Shown here piece after piece: positions 51,781 to 64,000 of a stretch of 64,000 bases of DNA. Within the stretch, counting starts at the first letter, position 1, and each line of letters begins with the position of its first letter. This DNA is from Balanoglossus misakiensis. Taxonomy: Eukaryota > Animalia > Hemichordata. The stretch covers positions 2,898,303-2,962,302 of the forward strand of contig CM082582.2 in assembly GCA_040954595.2 (NCBI GenBank), given 5' to 3'. The notes beneath the pieces were generated by a model. It saw only the letters and a list, made by a program, of their open reading frames with translations. It was not told where the DNA came from and made no database searches. Both the position numbers and the translations under genes were made by a program.

Positions 51781-52407
51781 AGAAGCGATTTTCACAAATG
51801 TAGACAAAAGTACAGCAGATCCAGCGAATCACCAGTTCAAATACCTTCTGTATGGCACAGATCGCTTGCAGAGGTCACAGAGTTCTGTTATAATTGCATA
51901 TGTTTCTTTAGGTTTTAAGAAAACCCAAGTTTCAATTGTGGCGTTTCGATACTCAATACTGTGATAAGTCAGAGACGATGCATCCCAGAGACGGCAGTTT
52001 ATTGGAAAAAATTACGCAACATTTGTTATGTTTGATCAGTTTTTCAGTGATATAGCTCTATAGTTGTGAGATCGTATCGGCTGTATTTGAGAAAACTGAC
52101 AAAAATGAGTGAGATATTTTCGTAATTTCCCAAATATAATCCCACACTCTCGATCCCACACTCCCAGTTGCCAGGAGTGTGAGAATGCATATAAAGGCAC
52201 ACACAGGCACAAATACAAGTGCTGTGCCTGGGTGTATTTAAATTGGCTGTTTACTCTATAGGTTCTCTCCAGAATATGTCTTTATTGCCAGTGTTATTGA
52301 CATATCGTGTTGTTCTACATACATACATGCATGTACATAAAAATTGTGCACATGTGTATTAAACACCGTAGCGTAGATGGGGCCATGACAGCAACTGAAG
52401 ATCCTAG

Positions 52408-53904
52408 TAGTCCTGTTTCAAAATGACCTACATTACAGGTCCTATGCACACGTATTACATGTTCTGATTGGTTTATCTGCTTCTCTAAGGTCCACTTGCG
52501 GCTCGCTGATTGGAGGGACCTTATGTGTTAGGTCTTATTACTATGTATTATTCACCAGACCTTGTAGGTTAGGTCTTATTACTATGCATTATTCACTTTA
52601 CAGCTCCCTGATTGGTTAATGTGTAGGTCTGGTCCTCCAGTGTTCACTGCCTCATTATGCAGGACCTTGTAGGTTAGGTCTTATTAATATGTATTTATTC
52701 ACCATACAGCTCCCTGATTGGTTAACGTGTCAGTCTGGTCCCCCAGTGTTCACTGCCTCATTGTGAAATGTCCCATGTGCTTCCTGGCTAGCGTTGTGGT
52801 AACACATTATTCGAGGTGTCCGCAGATCGTTCATTGATTTTCTGAGAAATAGCCTGACTGATACTATCTCCAACATAAACCGCACCCTGGAAAGATTAAA
52901 TGATCTTTTAGGTGAACTTTGAAAATCTGATTAACTCATCTAAGCATTTTAGCTAACAGTTGTATTTTTTTTAATCACCCTCCTACTTCTCACCATCAAT
53001 TTTATTATTGTTGTTATTACTATTTTAAAGTAAATTTGTTTTGACGAAGATGTTGTGATAAGGAGCACGTCGTCCGTTTATACATTCGTATATTGTTTTC
53101 ATAAAAATGGAACTATGATGGTGCAGCTTCGTGAAAGAAATACAATAAAAGTAATCATACCTGTAAAGCAACTAATGAGGTTTCCCAAAGAAATGCAATG
53201 CTATTCTAAACATTTCTATTGTAAGATATTTTTGGTTTGCTCGAATGAATAGCACACACTTCGTATTCAGCCAGGTGTTACACGAAGTGATGCGCTGAAA
53301 GACATTACGTAACAAAACACTAGCCCATTTCAACAAACCGCCACTGGAAATAAATGCGAAATTTCTCCTGGCAATTTTTATTTCGAGTATCTAGTTCACA
53401 GTATCACATAAAATGCCATGAATAGTGAAGGAAAAGGTGAAATCCAATCATTATATGAGTGCCTTTCTTTATACACTGGGATCGATCGCGAGCTTCGACC
53501 ATGCGCAGGTAGCATGCCAGACAGAATACGACAACAGTATTCAGAAAGTACAAAAGACTTTGCATAACGAGGCAGTGAAAACTGGAGACCTACACATTAA
53601 CCAATCAGGGAGCTGAAAATTGAATAAATGCATATAAATAAGACCTAACCTACAAGGTCCTGCATAATGAGGCAGTGAACACTGGAGGACCAGACCTACA
53701 CATTAACCAATCAGGGAGCTGTAAAGTGAATAATACATAGTAATAAGACCTAACCTACAAGGTCTAGTGAATAATACATAATGATAAGACCTAACACATA
53801 TGGTCCCTCCAATCAGCGTGCCGCAAGTGGACCTAAGATTACCAGATGGACCAATCACAGATGTCGGTACATATGTCATGGACCTGACTTATGAAACAGG
53901 ACTA
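52408..53904. mobile_element. Academ-like/foldback element with TIRs of about 350 bp built from internal subrepeats
   Basis: TAGTCCTGTTTCA..AGGTCCACTTGCGG..CTGATTGGAGGGACC..(CTTGTAGGTTAGGTCTTATT)x2 mirrored at 53560-53904, ending TGAAACAGGACTA. Flanks CTAG/GTAG are an imperfect 4-bp TSD. Confidence 0.75.
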
Positions 53905-56092
53905 GTAGGTCGTGCCGACTGCAGTTGGGTTTGCTCTGGTATGAGGGGACATATTCTCATTGCGGGGGGGGGGGGGGGGGGGCACCAACTCGGTCCGACG
54001 ACCGCTTTCCTTAAAATATTGTATGAAAGTACACTTGGCTAAGAGTAAGAGGTCAGAACAATCATTTAGCTACTTACATTAGGCTTTTCTGGGTAGTGGG
54101 GACAAAGGTTCAACTGATAACAACTAACACATAGTTGTGCTAGAACAATACATTTTTTGACCACAAATTGTCTGTTCTCTGAAGCCTGTGCTTTTGTGTG
54201 TGTAAAATTACTGGAGTCCATCACATTTAGCAAGTGTAAGAGTACACTGCAGAAGGCTATCTGTGACTGGTACATGTATACATGTGTGAGTAGCACTTGA
54301 GTTGTACATATTTCACAATCTGACAGTTATATAAACATGTTGACTGGCCATGAGCATATGTCTGTAACCTGAGGGACTGTAAGTCACCCCCCCCCCCTTA
54401 CAAAAAAAAAAACACAGACTGTTTCACGAGGCCTTCGATATTTTGTCCCACACGAGCAACAGGCAGGTGTGGGAGGGAAAATCCCCAACTCGTGTGAGAA
54501 ATATGATCCCAGGTCCTTGGGAGTGTGAGATTCTATTAGTCAACGACATGTCACAAACTGCAACTGTGAAAATAGTAGACATAAAATTAACAGGTAGCAG
54601 ATATCATTTGCAAGACAATTGTTCAAACATTGTCAAACTGTTGTGCATGCGCAGAGAATACATAATAGCCCATACCATTCGCAGACATCATTTCCTCCTA
54701 AGAGGTATCAAAAATTCCAACGTTCATTTCATTTCGCATACCTTTTTTGAAAACAAATGAGAAAAAATTCCCCGCAAAATTTCCAGAAAATGGTGCCATA
54801 AACAACTAAAATTAACAAAAAAATGGGTGTTTTCTTCTAAAATCAAACTACTGATTTGTCTAACTTCATGGTCAACTTGATGAAAATATGTTCTTATACC
54901 ATTAAAATTGTTACTGTTTTCATGTGTGGTTGCAGAAGTTTCATGACTAGCTCAATCAAATAAAATGAAAATCTGTTCCTGAATGCTCATTATGGAAGCC
55001 CTCTCTCACTGACCTCCAGGTTAATTCTCATTCAAGATCTGGTCCAGATGACAGGCTAAACCTGGCAGAACATGTCATTACTACATGATTTTGTATACTG
55101 AGTCTTTTTGCAATGCCAAAAGTTTGTTTTTTAAAAACCCAATATTTCCTTTATGTTGCTTTAACTGTTCACTCTCGTGAGCCTCTGTAGTTCGAATTTG
55201 ACATCTACATGTACATATCCAACCAATAGAGGGCGCTGTCACGTATTTGAAAGTCCATGACCCACCTTATGTGTGACTTAATTGCATGTAGTACACTCAT
55301 GTCACAGATAGCCATCTCAGGCACTCAAAAATTCATACTAGTATTAGCTATATCCCCATTTGCCAGAATGTAGCATATATTATTTTGTTTCCATCATTGC
55401 AGAATCTGATTGAACAATGCTTAAAAACTTGCCAGGGCAGAAAACATCAGTAATGGTTTGTTACATAAAGTATGTACAATAAAAGGTACATTTCCATAAC
55501 GATTATCATCAGTGGTTCAGTTAATGCAAAATCCTGCATATTTCACAATATTTGACCATAATTACACAAAGATAATGAAGGATGCATACACCACAAGTGC
55601 AAATTTGCAAATTGTATTCAGCAAGGCTTACAAGATACGAATAATGCAGAAATACACAGAAATGTTACAATTTTCACTCAGGCAACATGACATTAATATA
55701 TAAAACTTTGTAATAATGTACCGGTACGGTGGTGTTCTATTACAGTTTTTCAATTGCCTGGACGCAATTTTGTTAAATTTATGCATAGTAAATTCTAAAT
55801 GCATATTGAAGTCCGCAAAGGAAAATAATCAAATGGAACTTCTGTATCATGTGATTGAACTTGTATGAACATACAACATGACAGACATTTCAGGACAATC
55901 AGCCTACTGGTATCTGACAAGCTCCAAGTAGAGATGAAAAGCGGATATTCATATAGAAGCTTTAAAAGAAGCTTTAAAAGCACATAGTCACTTGTGCCAT
56001 GTGTGAACAAAATGTGTTTGGCTATTTCTGGGTTACAGATATGAAAAGAGAATTCACTTTCAGGCTATCTACCATTGTTGTGAATCACTTAC

Positions 56093-56170
56093 CATGCAAC
56101 GCAACACGCTCACTTTTTCGTCTCGTGCTCCTGCTCTATGTCTGCGGACACTTTGCCTATGCCTAATTCT
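56093..56170 (-). CDS. Exon 3 of the bZIP-like gene (basic region RIRHRQSVRRHRAGARDEKVSVLRCM)
   Basis: Acceptor ctatttcatttacag and consensus donor ATG|gtaagt. 78 nt, phase 0 to 0, open only in this frame. Confidence 0.7.
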
Positions 56171-57123
56171 CTGTAAATGAAATAGGAAGAATAATCATTT
56201 AGGATTATAAAAGACGCTTTCAGGAATTGCAGCACAGTGTCAATTGTCAAAGTCCTAAATGCTCAAACCTGATATTTTGAAGCAATGATAGGGGGGAACA
56301 GGGCGGTGCATGGTACAAAACCATTTATGCATGCTACATGTAAGTCACATCACATGGCATGACGGCCATTGGAGCAATGAGTTTTTAGCCCATTTTAGAA
56401 AAATGCTGGCTGATTGCTGGTTGCTATGTGTGTGTTTCGATTGAGAAGTCTTTGCAGCAATGTTCAAGAGTGTGTATTGGCAGTTCCCTTCCCCCTAAAA
56501 CATTTTGATCAACTCTAATGATGCAACAAATTCCCTTCCCCAAAGTTGCCCTGGCCTTCACAGTGCATAACAAAAACAGAGGCACATGAAGAAATATGCC
56601 ACACGGCTTTGACAGACATTGGCTGTGCAGTCAAGTTTCCATGGACAAAAGTTGACTCAACGGTAAATGTATGTTGGTAGACACCATGAATGTTCAGTCT
56701 TACAGTTAACCAGTACATGTATTTCAGAAACAGCTTTTCACAAAATTCATGAAAAAAGCTCAAAAAAGAGAGATTTTGTCCATTTACAACTGGAAGAGCT
56801 ATAGTCACCTCCACTCATGGGATTTGGTCAGCCATCGGTTTAGCAACATGTCACCCATACCATTCATTGGCATCATGTTTCCATGATAGATGACTATTGT
56901 CACTATCACCAACATATTCAAAGATAATTGACTTATTTGGTATCTGATCACAGCTCCCAGTATACACATTAATATATTTACCCGACAAACTAATGGAATT
57001 TTAAAGACAGCATGCTCATAATACAGACAGCGAAATTCAAACAAGCAACCTCTTAAATGTCGATCTGTTACAGAATTACTACCAGAAGAAGAGTTCTCAC
57101 CAAAAATCCAAATGATCAGAATT

Positions 57124-57363
57124 AGGCCCCCCCCCCCCAAAAAAAAATGTGCTGTTCCAATTACTTGGTTTTCAAAAATAGGGTAGGTAGGTAGGGATAT
57201 TTTTTTATTTTGCTATTTTTTTATTTCTCATTTTTCATAAATTTTGTATATTTGACATCGCTATTTTTACTTTTAGATTTACGAAGCTCTAAAAAGTTTA
57301 GGGTCGGCGGGGTTAAAATAAGGGTAGGTGGGGTAATCGTAACAGCACGTTTTTATTTTGGCC
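57124..57363. mobile_element. Small MITE with GGCC..GGCC ends
   Basis: AGGCC..AAAAATGTGCTGTTCCAATTAC pairs with GTAATCGTAACAGCACGTTTTTATTTTGGCCT. Confidence 0.55.
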
Positions 57364-57476
57364 TTCAGTATTGTGTTCACAAATATATAAATATGCATAG
57401 TAAATACCAACTTATCAGTATTATTAAACCCAAAACTAAATATATTTGTTGTAATTGCATTTCAAAATTAACATAC

Positions 57477-57548
57477 CTTATAGTTTTCCTCCAAAATCTG
57501 TGGCCTGATTGAACCATATTTGGGAGAGTAGTATTCCCGATCCCACAT
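57477..57548 (-). CDS. Coding part of exon 2 (57477-57550) of the bZIP-like gene; start MWDREYYSPKYGSIRPQILEENYK
   Basis: Acceptor ccttttcatccttttag and donor AAG|gtatgt (phase 0). In-frame stops upstream in exon 1 imply this ATG is the start. Confidence 0.68.
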
Positions 57549-58140
57549 ATCTAAAAGGATGAAAAGGATGACAAATAACAAATGTCATTATTTCAAATAA
57601 ACTGGTATCATACCAGGTGTGCTTCCTCGTGTTCACATACGCTTATTTGCAAGTTGAATATTGTTATCGATGTAAACTGTTAAAGTCTGAGACAGTAAAT
57701 TGTACTACTTTACTGGTCGAGGAATTACAGGCCAACAGTTATATATAATTACAACTTGAAGCTGTCTAAGGGAGCTATCATTATTTATTTTGGGCCTGAA
57801 GAGGTGTTGGAGGAATTTCACCAGGCACATATGCATGCCAAACCAGGCCTGTTGCTGGATTATAACCAAAGGTGTAAACGTACCCGCCTTATTGGTCAAC
57901 ACACAGAGAAACATAGAAAAATATGAGATGTTTATTGGAGGGCCAATATCAGGGGCATACTTCGCCATATTACTCACTGTCTTAGCCCCGTGTAACGCCT
58001 GGAACACACAGACCTGTACGCAGGGCTGTAACTGCCTATACTACAGAGTTTTACTCACATGCATGCGGATTTTTACGTGGAATTGTGTGTGGACGGCGTC
58101 TAATGTTTCCGTCAATACACACATTCTACATTATACTCAC

Positions 58141-58380
58141 AAGGTAAAACCTCGAGCTACGATTCTGCAGGCGTTTTGGTTTAGTCGTGTATCACATCAT
58201 ATCGTGGCTGAAAACTGTATTCTACCTGTCTCATCATTGCTTGGACCATGACTCCTTGATTCAGCTCGACATGACTCAAGTTGAAGACACAATAAATCAA
58301 TATAAATATTACTTCTGGTCGACGCACCGACACTCGAGTCTCATGAGTCATGGCGATCGAGTGCTTTTGTGACAGGCCAA
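58141..58380 (-). other. Putative 5'UTR exon 1 with multiple uORFs and AP-1 motifs
   Basis: Donor CTT|gtgagt at 58141. uORFs at 58351/58249-58181, 58272-58261 (MSS*) and 58200-58192 (MM*). TGASTCA at 58272 and 58344. TATA-like TATAA at about 58410-58423. The 5' boundary is an estimate. Confidence 0.5.
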
Positions 58381-58729
58381 AGGTCAACCCTGTTGAGGGC
58401 GTGCTCCGGTTATAACCTTATAATACTGTACTATGAAAATAATTTTCAAGTTGAAAATGAACTGCGGACGGGAACGTGGGCCTGCACTGGTCGATACCAT
58501 ATTATTTATGGGACTGTCAATGCCGACAACCTAGTTTAACATGTGTGTCTGCAAAATAGTCCGAGACACAGTCATTGCGGCTTGTTCAACGCCAGAAAAT
58601 TAAAATACAAACAACTGGCAGAAAACTTGGTGTGTTTTCGTTTGGATATTCTAAGACTGGAAAACATATCGCTCGAGGGCACTAGCTGAGCTCCGTCATC
58701 ATTCAGTGGACGGTGAAAAATAGCCCTAA

Positions 58730-59627
58730 GGGACCGTTCAGTTTTTACGGCCGGGGGGGGGGGGGGGCGGCAAAATCCAGGGGGGGGGGGGTCACTTAAA
58801 TTTTGAAGTCCTAAAGGGGGGGGTCATCTGTTTTTTTTAAACGTTTAAGGGGGGGGGGGGTCACATACTTTTGCCACCGAACTTTTGCTTTTGAGTCCAC
58901 AAAATTGCAGTTTCGCGCCCTTTATTTTGCAAAATTTTCTAATGGTTTGTCTAGTGTACCAGGGCAGAGTGCTTGTCACCCCCCAACCCCACCGATGATA
59001 TTATTTAACAAAGTAAATATATAAGGGAGAATAATCGTTTAAACCATTTCGCATAACTGATAGTTTCGCGCTGCATCTTCTATATACTAGAAGTTTTATA
59101 AATGATGTCATGACGTGGATGACGCCAAATCTTCTAACTTTGAGTGGAGTGGCAAAAGTAAAATTGGTCCTCCCAAAAATTGAGATAATTTGCTTTTGAG
59201 TTCATAAAAATGCAACTTTGAGCACCGTATTTTACAAAATTTTCTTATGTGGGAGGGGGACACCCCCTCCCACGCCCACCCCCGCCACTTTTCTTGTTTT
59301 ACCAATTCTGGCAACTATTGTATTGACTTGTCATTTTAATTTGTTCATAGATTTCTTTATTGCAACGATATACTATTATATACTTAAATTACTTTAAGAA
59401 ATTTATAATTTAGGTGTGAGGAGCCTCATTCCCTTTATTGCATACAGTCTACATAGGATCAGGACGGCGAATGTTTTCGGGGGGGGGGGGTCATCATATT
59501 TTTGGGTCTGTCAAAGGGGGGGTCATCATTTTTTGGTCCTGGACGAAGGGGGGGTCGGCCTGATTTTGAAAACTGATGACACAAAACTTGCCGCCCCCCC
59601 CCCCTGCCGTAAAAACTGAACGGTCCC
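58730..59627 (+). mobile_element. Complete PIF/Harbinger-type MITE (898 bp)
   Basis: TIR GGGACCGTTCAGTTTTTACGG / CCGTAAAAACTGAACGGTCCC with a TAA TSD on both sides. Confidence 0.88.
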
Positions 59628-60734
59628 TAAAGTGTAAATAGTGACACTATAAAAATAATGGCGGCTGGACAGCGAAAGCCAATAATAAATATTTCCAAAG
59701 GTGGTTAGCAGAAAAGTGGAGTTCGCTCATTTGTCAATTGTGGCAAATGCTGTATAGACACGGAGCAAGTACGCGAGAATACTAATGCGTGAATATTCGT
59801 AAAATTGAAAGTCTTGTCACTTCTCTTTACAAGTTGCTGGTTGTTTACACTCCTTTGTAAGCATTTTTTCGATCGCTAATAAATTGCAGGGGGTTAAAAC
59901 GTGCTTGGTTTTGAAATTCAAGGCCGTGAGATTAGTCGATCATAATAAAAATAAAAACTACCGAGGCAACAATTTTCCGTTTTCCCCTTGGGTGAACATA
60001 TTCAACGGAGTTTATCCTCGAAATTGAGCGCGTTGGCTATTCAATTGTTTTCTACCATTCAATTTTAATTCATTTGACTGAGTTATGGGTAGACCTAAAC
60101 GTTCATGAAAATGACAATAGCAGACGCGGGTTTTCTAGCAATCCTATGGGAAAAGACAAATTGAAAGCGTTTGTACAGATTGTAATTTATACTCGGTTGG
60201 CTGCCGTCCTCCACGTGGATCTATTCATGGTGTACGGTGTGCCTTAATACTTGGTTTACTTTCTACTTCATTCGACGCTAATGTTTAGACCATGTAATTA
60301 GTTCTACTGTATGGAGATAGTCAATTAAAGAGGCCCTGGTGGGCCTATAGGCTTCATGTAAATCTTGACATTCTTATGATATCAATTGGTCCGACTTGCT
60401 GCTTTGAACCATGTATTGTTTTGGCATTGCTGCACTCAATGTCGAATACGTCCGTCTGCCATTATTCCAACACGTAGGCCTGACTCAAGCAGAAAACAGA
60501 GGAAATTGTTGCAACGAAAACCGGCCCTGCCGTTCTTTCTATACAACCTACTTGCTTATGGATTCTCTTGTTACAAGACGGATATGTCATGCACAATGCG
60601 AACCAGAACATATAATACAGGGCCCTGGCAGCTACCTAAGGGAAGTTGCGCGCAAACACAAGGAAAAATCATTAACAATATATATTATACTTACTTCAAT
60701 CTTTTGGCCCAGGGACAGCAACAAATCCGAACAA

Positions 60735-61140
60735 AAACTAATATTGAAACTATAACTAAGAAACTAACTAACTAACTAACTAACTAAGTATCTAACTAAC
60801 TTACTAACTAACTTACTACTAAGCAACTAACTATCTTACTAACTTACTAACTAACTACTAAGTAACTAACTATCTAACTAACTTACTAACCAACTAAAAA
60901 TACTAATACTAAAACTAATCTGAAATAAGAAAATATACTAACTAAAAATATAATAATAAACGGAACTAATATAATAAACTAATCTATCTAACTAAATGAC
61001 AAAGAAATTTGAAAGAAATGCGACTGTAAACGATAACTGAATGAAAAAAAATTCTATATCAAACTAATACTGATCTAAACTATGAAATATGATAATGAAC
61101 TGGGAAATGCAATAAAACTAAACTAAGAACTAATAAATCG
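60735..61140. repeat. Degenerate (ACTA)n low-complexity tract
   Basis: Seen directly. Similar tracts at about 27430-27565 and 41720-41790. Confidence 0.8.
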
Positions 61141-62277
61141 AGAAAAAATCTAAAGCTAGGGAATGTTTGCGGATCGAATATGAAGGCGTGTGGACAGAAG
61201 GGAGAACGATAAACGAACTGAACGTCAACGACAAGGTTTTTTTGTTATGCAAATACCTTGAGCGATATGCTAAATAGACAGAAGTGAAAATGACATCGTA
61301 AGGAGGTGTAAAGGATAAAACAACAGGTGAAACAAACTGAACGCAGTTGTTGGTAGCATGCAGATTGAGCTGTCAAAAAACCTCACCAATCAGGAACAGC
61401 CTTCCAAGATTGCGAAGTTATGCAGCACTCTCTCGTAAGGTTATTTTTGATTGGTCAAATTCTTTACCATGTCACCACTGTTATACAACCATGCATATAA
61501 ACAATCAAATTTGCATGGATGCACTGACATCAATGATATGCCTTTCAAAGTGCCACACTTTGTCAAATAACATATGTTGTGCATGCTTCTGGCACGCTCT
61601 GCCTTAGACAACTTAGACAATATTATCCAAAAAAGAAATAAGAGACAAAATCATCTGATAAGGCAAAAAAATGAAATGCTTCTGGTCAGCGCCCGCGTCA
61701 CTTGAATAACAGCGCGTCCCCCCTTTTTTCTGGTTTTTGGTGACGGCAACGGCAAACTCGCACTGTTTCAGCTATATCTATAAAACACTGGACACTTAGG
61801 GGCGCGTGATCAGTGACTGCATGAACAGTATTCATGTGACTATATTGATAAAACTATAAAACTGACTTATAGGGGGGAAAAATAAATAAAATTCCTACGC
61901 CACACACTTTCTGGAATTAGAAACAGCAGATACACTAAGCAAAATTACTAAAAGTGAAAAGTTTGAAGTATATAAACGAGGGGACAACGTGTTGTTCATT
62001 GCTTGTGTGCCTTCGAATAAGATGATTATTATGTACATGTTACCAAAATGTTTTCATAATTTTCTAGAAATATAGAAATAAATACAATTTACTTATTTTG
62101 TCAAATTTTCCTTGCAAACACCATTGTCATTGAATGTACTTACATGCGTAAACACACATCTGCTTTAAAACAAAGAGGTGATGGGTCACGTATTTACTGC
62201 GTTGTATTGAATTGAGCGGACAAATTCTTTTGGTTTTCATGCATTCTTTCAGAGCTTTCCCGAGTAGCTTGCATAGT

Positions 62278-62310
62278 GCGCCCTCTTGTGGTGACGTGTC
62301 TTCCGGGAAT
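62278..62310. promoter_or_regulatory. CTCF-like motif next to TGACGT and TTCCGG (CRE-half/ETS-like) motifs
   Basis: Reverse complement ACCACAAGAGGGCGC fits the CTCF consensus CCACNAGRKGGCRC. A weaker match CCAATAGAGGGCGC is at about 55223. Confidence 0.45.
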
Positions 62311-64000
62311 CGGCCCATCGGCCCGATAGAAACAAATCATCGAAGAGTTCCATCACTCTCGTTATGAAGAAACAAAATTCGCCATCGTTCCCGTTGTTAG
62401 ATGGTGAAACACGTTAGAGGAAAGTGTATTTTAAGAATAGTATTTCCATTTCGACATAAACTGAGTGGAACGAGCAAATTGATTGAAACGTTCCGTAGGG
62501 CTAATGGGGTGTTCAGATTTTACTTCCAGGCCCAAGCCCCAGAGAGGAAGAAAAAGCGCTCCTACTCGTGTATGACATTATTACACTCTGTACTTTTTGT
62601 AACCTGTGGGAAGGTTACACCAGCCACGCTTAGCAAGCCTGATTTCCAACGGCCAGACTAGCCGCATATAACAACAATGCTTATTAGGCCTATTTTTCAA
62701 GGCCACCGCTTCATATCAGAAAATAGACTTACAGTAACATTCTCTGTCAATCGTTTACTCAGATTTTACAGAGAAAAAAGTTAATAGAACCAAATAAAAA
62801 TCAACTTGAATTTTTATTTCCAGCTTCTTGCACCACCCAGACATAGCCCAACCTATATGAAAACAAAATGTACTAGTAATTGATGTGGCCCAATTATTTC
62901 TGCCTAAATTGTTCATGATGTACGCTTGGAGAGGGAGTCTGTGATGAGGAAATAAATACGGCACAATTCCAAATTTATCTAGATTCGGGTTTGTGGAGTA
63001 CCGGGGTGGGAGATAATTTAAAACGTTATTAAATTTACATTGCAAAAGGAAATGGTTCTCGTTTTCGGTACTGCCGTCATTGCAAATACAAAATCTATTC
63101 TCTCGTGAAAGTTTTGTTTGTCTTTCTTGTTTATTGATACCATACGGAAGAAAGAAAGTGAGTATTTAAATATAGGTTTCATAGGGGTCAAAAGAGTTCC
63201 AGTGACAGAGAAGATTTGGTGTCAAGTCTACTTGAACAAACGTACCCGCATAAGGTAACCACAATCTTTCAATGATTCTGTGAAAAGCTATATTAAGTTT
63301 TGGTGCAACATTTTTCGAGATTGCTGAGCCAGAGTATGCATGATGTCGTCACAGACAAAGAAATAACTTTTACCCAAAAAGCGGGTTCTACGACGTAGCC
63401 TACATTGGAGACTCGAGGTTGTGCAAAACTATTGAACTTTGGACAATAATTATAATCTGACGTTTACTCTGAAATTTGGTTATAATATATGGTTACGGCA
63501 CCCCCCCCCAAAAAAAATATATATATATAAAACAAACAAACACAATGAACCTCACGAAAAAAAAAAAAATCTGATATTGTTGAATTGGCAAGCTGGACCA
63601 AGTACGTTCCAATTGAAGTGCCAATCGTCATAACCATTTTCACGAAATTAACAGTAGTTTATTTCCGTACCGTCACAGGAAAGAAAATTAATTGAAATGT
63701 TATTTCACAAAAACTTGAGTTCTACCTCGTAATGACGTCAGTCCGGAATCACATGAGATTGCACAAATCTCCCAGAAGTCAGTGCGCATTTCTACCCCGT
63801 AAGTAGAAGTCACGTTGTTTCAGAGCTCTCGCCAAAATTGGCGTAAAAAGCTCAAATTCTTAATTTTAACGAACACTTGGCAGACCGGAGGTCTCCGTTC
63901 TTGGGTTGAATAACCCCTGGATCTAAAATTCTGTGAAGAATTTCACAAATCGACAGAAAAACTGTCCAGTGGGATTTGTCTCACAAAGACGCTAACGCAC

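Noticed and set aside
57790-58251. 153-aa plus-strand ORF antisense to exon 1/intron 1
   Set aside because: TTG start, runs through a MITE terminus, and has no recognisable protein features.

Overview
This is AT-rich, repeat-dense animal (metazoan) genomic DNA. The TE repertoire suggests a marine invertebrate, but the species cannot be established from sequence alone. I found no prokaryotic genes, rRNA, tRNA or CRISPR arrays, and most ORF-track entries are chance ORFs. Transposon content: a 5'-truncated L2-clade LINE, decayed Rex1/Babar, RTE and Tx1-like LINE fragments, a decayed Tc1 element with a nested Kolobok-type MITE, further TTAA-flanked elements, PIF/Harbinger MITEs, a Harbinger derivative encoding only a Myb/SANT domain (its empty site survives in an adjacent 1.64-kb tandem duplication), Academ-like TAG..CTA elements, and 'double-hairpin' elements without a TSD. 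By following splice sites by hand I assembled a 5-exon minus-strand gene (about 58380 to 42718) encoding a 129-aa divergent bZIP-like protein. It has several uORFs, and its 3'UTR carries an 87-bp tandem array that repeats the protein's own C-terminus as ATG-initiated mini-ORFs. Weaker candidates are a 2-exon plus-strand microprotein gene (17206-21008) and isolated minus-strand exons near an RFX/CCAAT promoter at about 14.7 kb. An old nested inverted duplication is centred near 31.9 kb.
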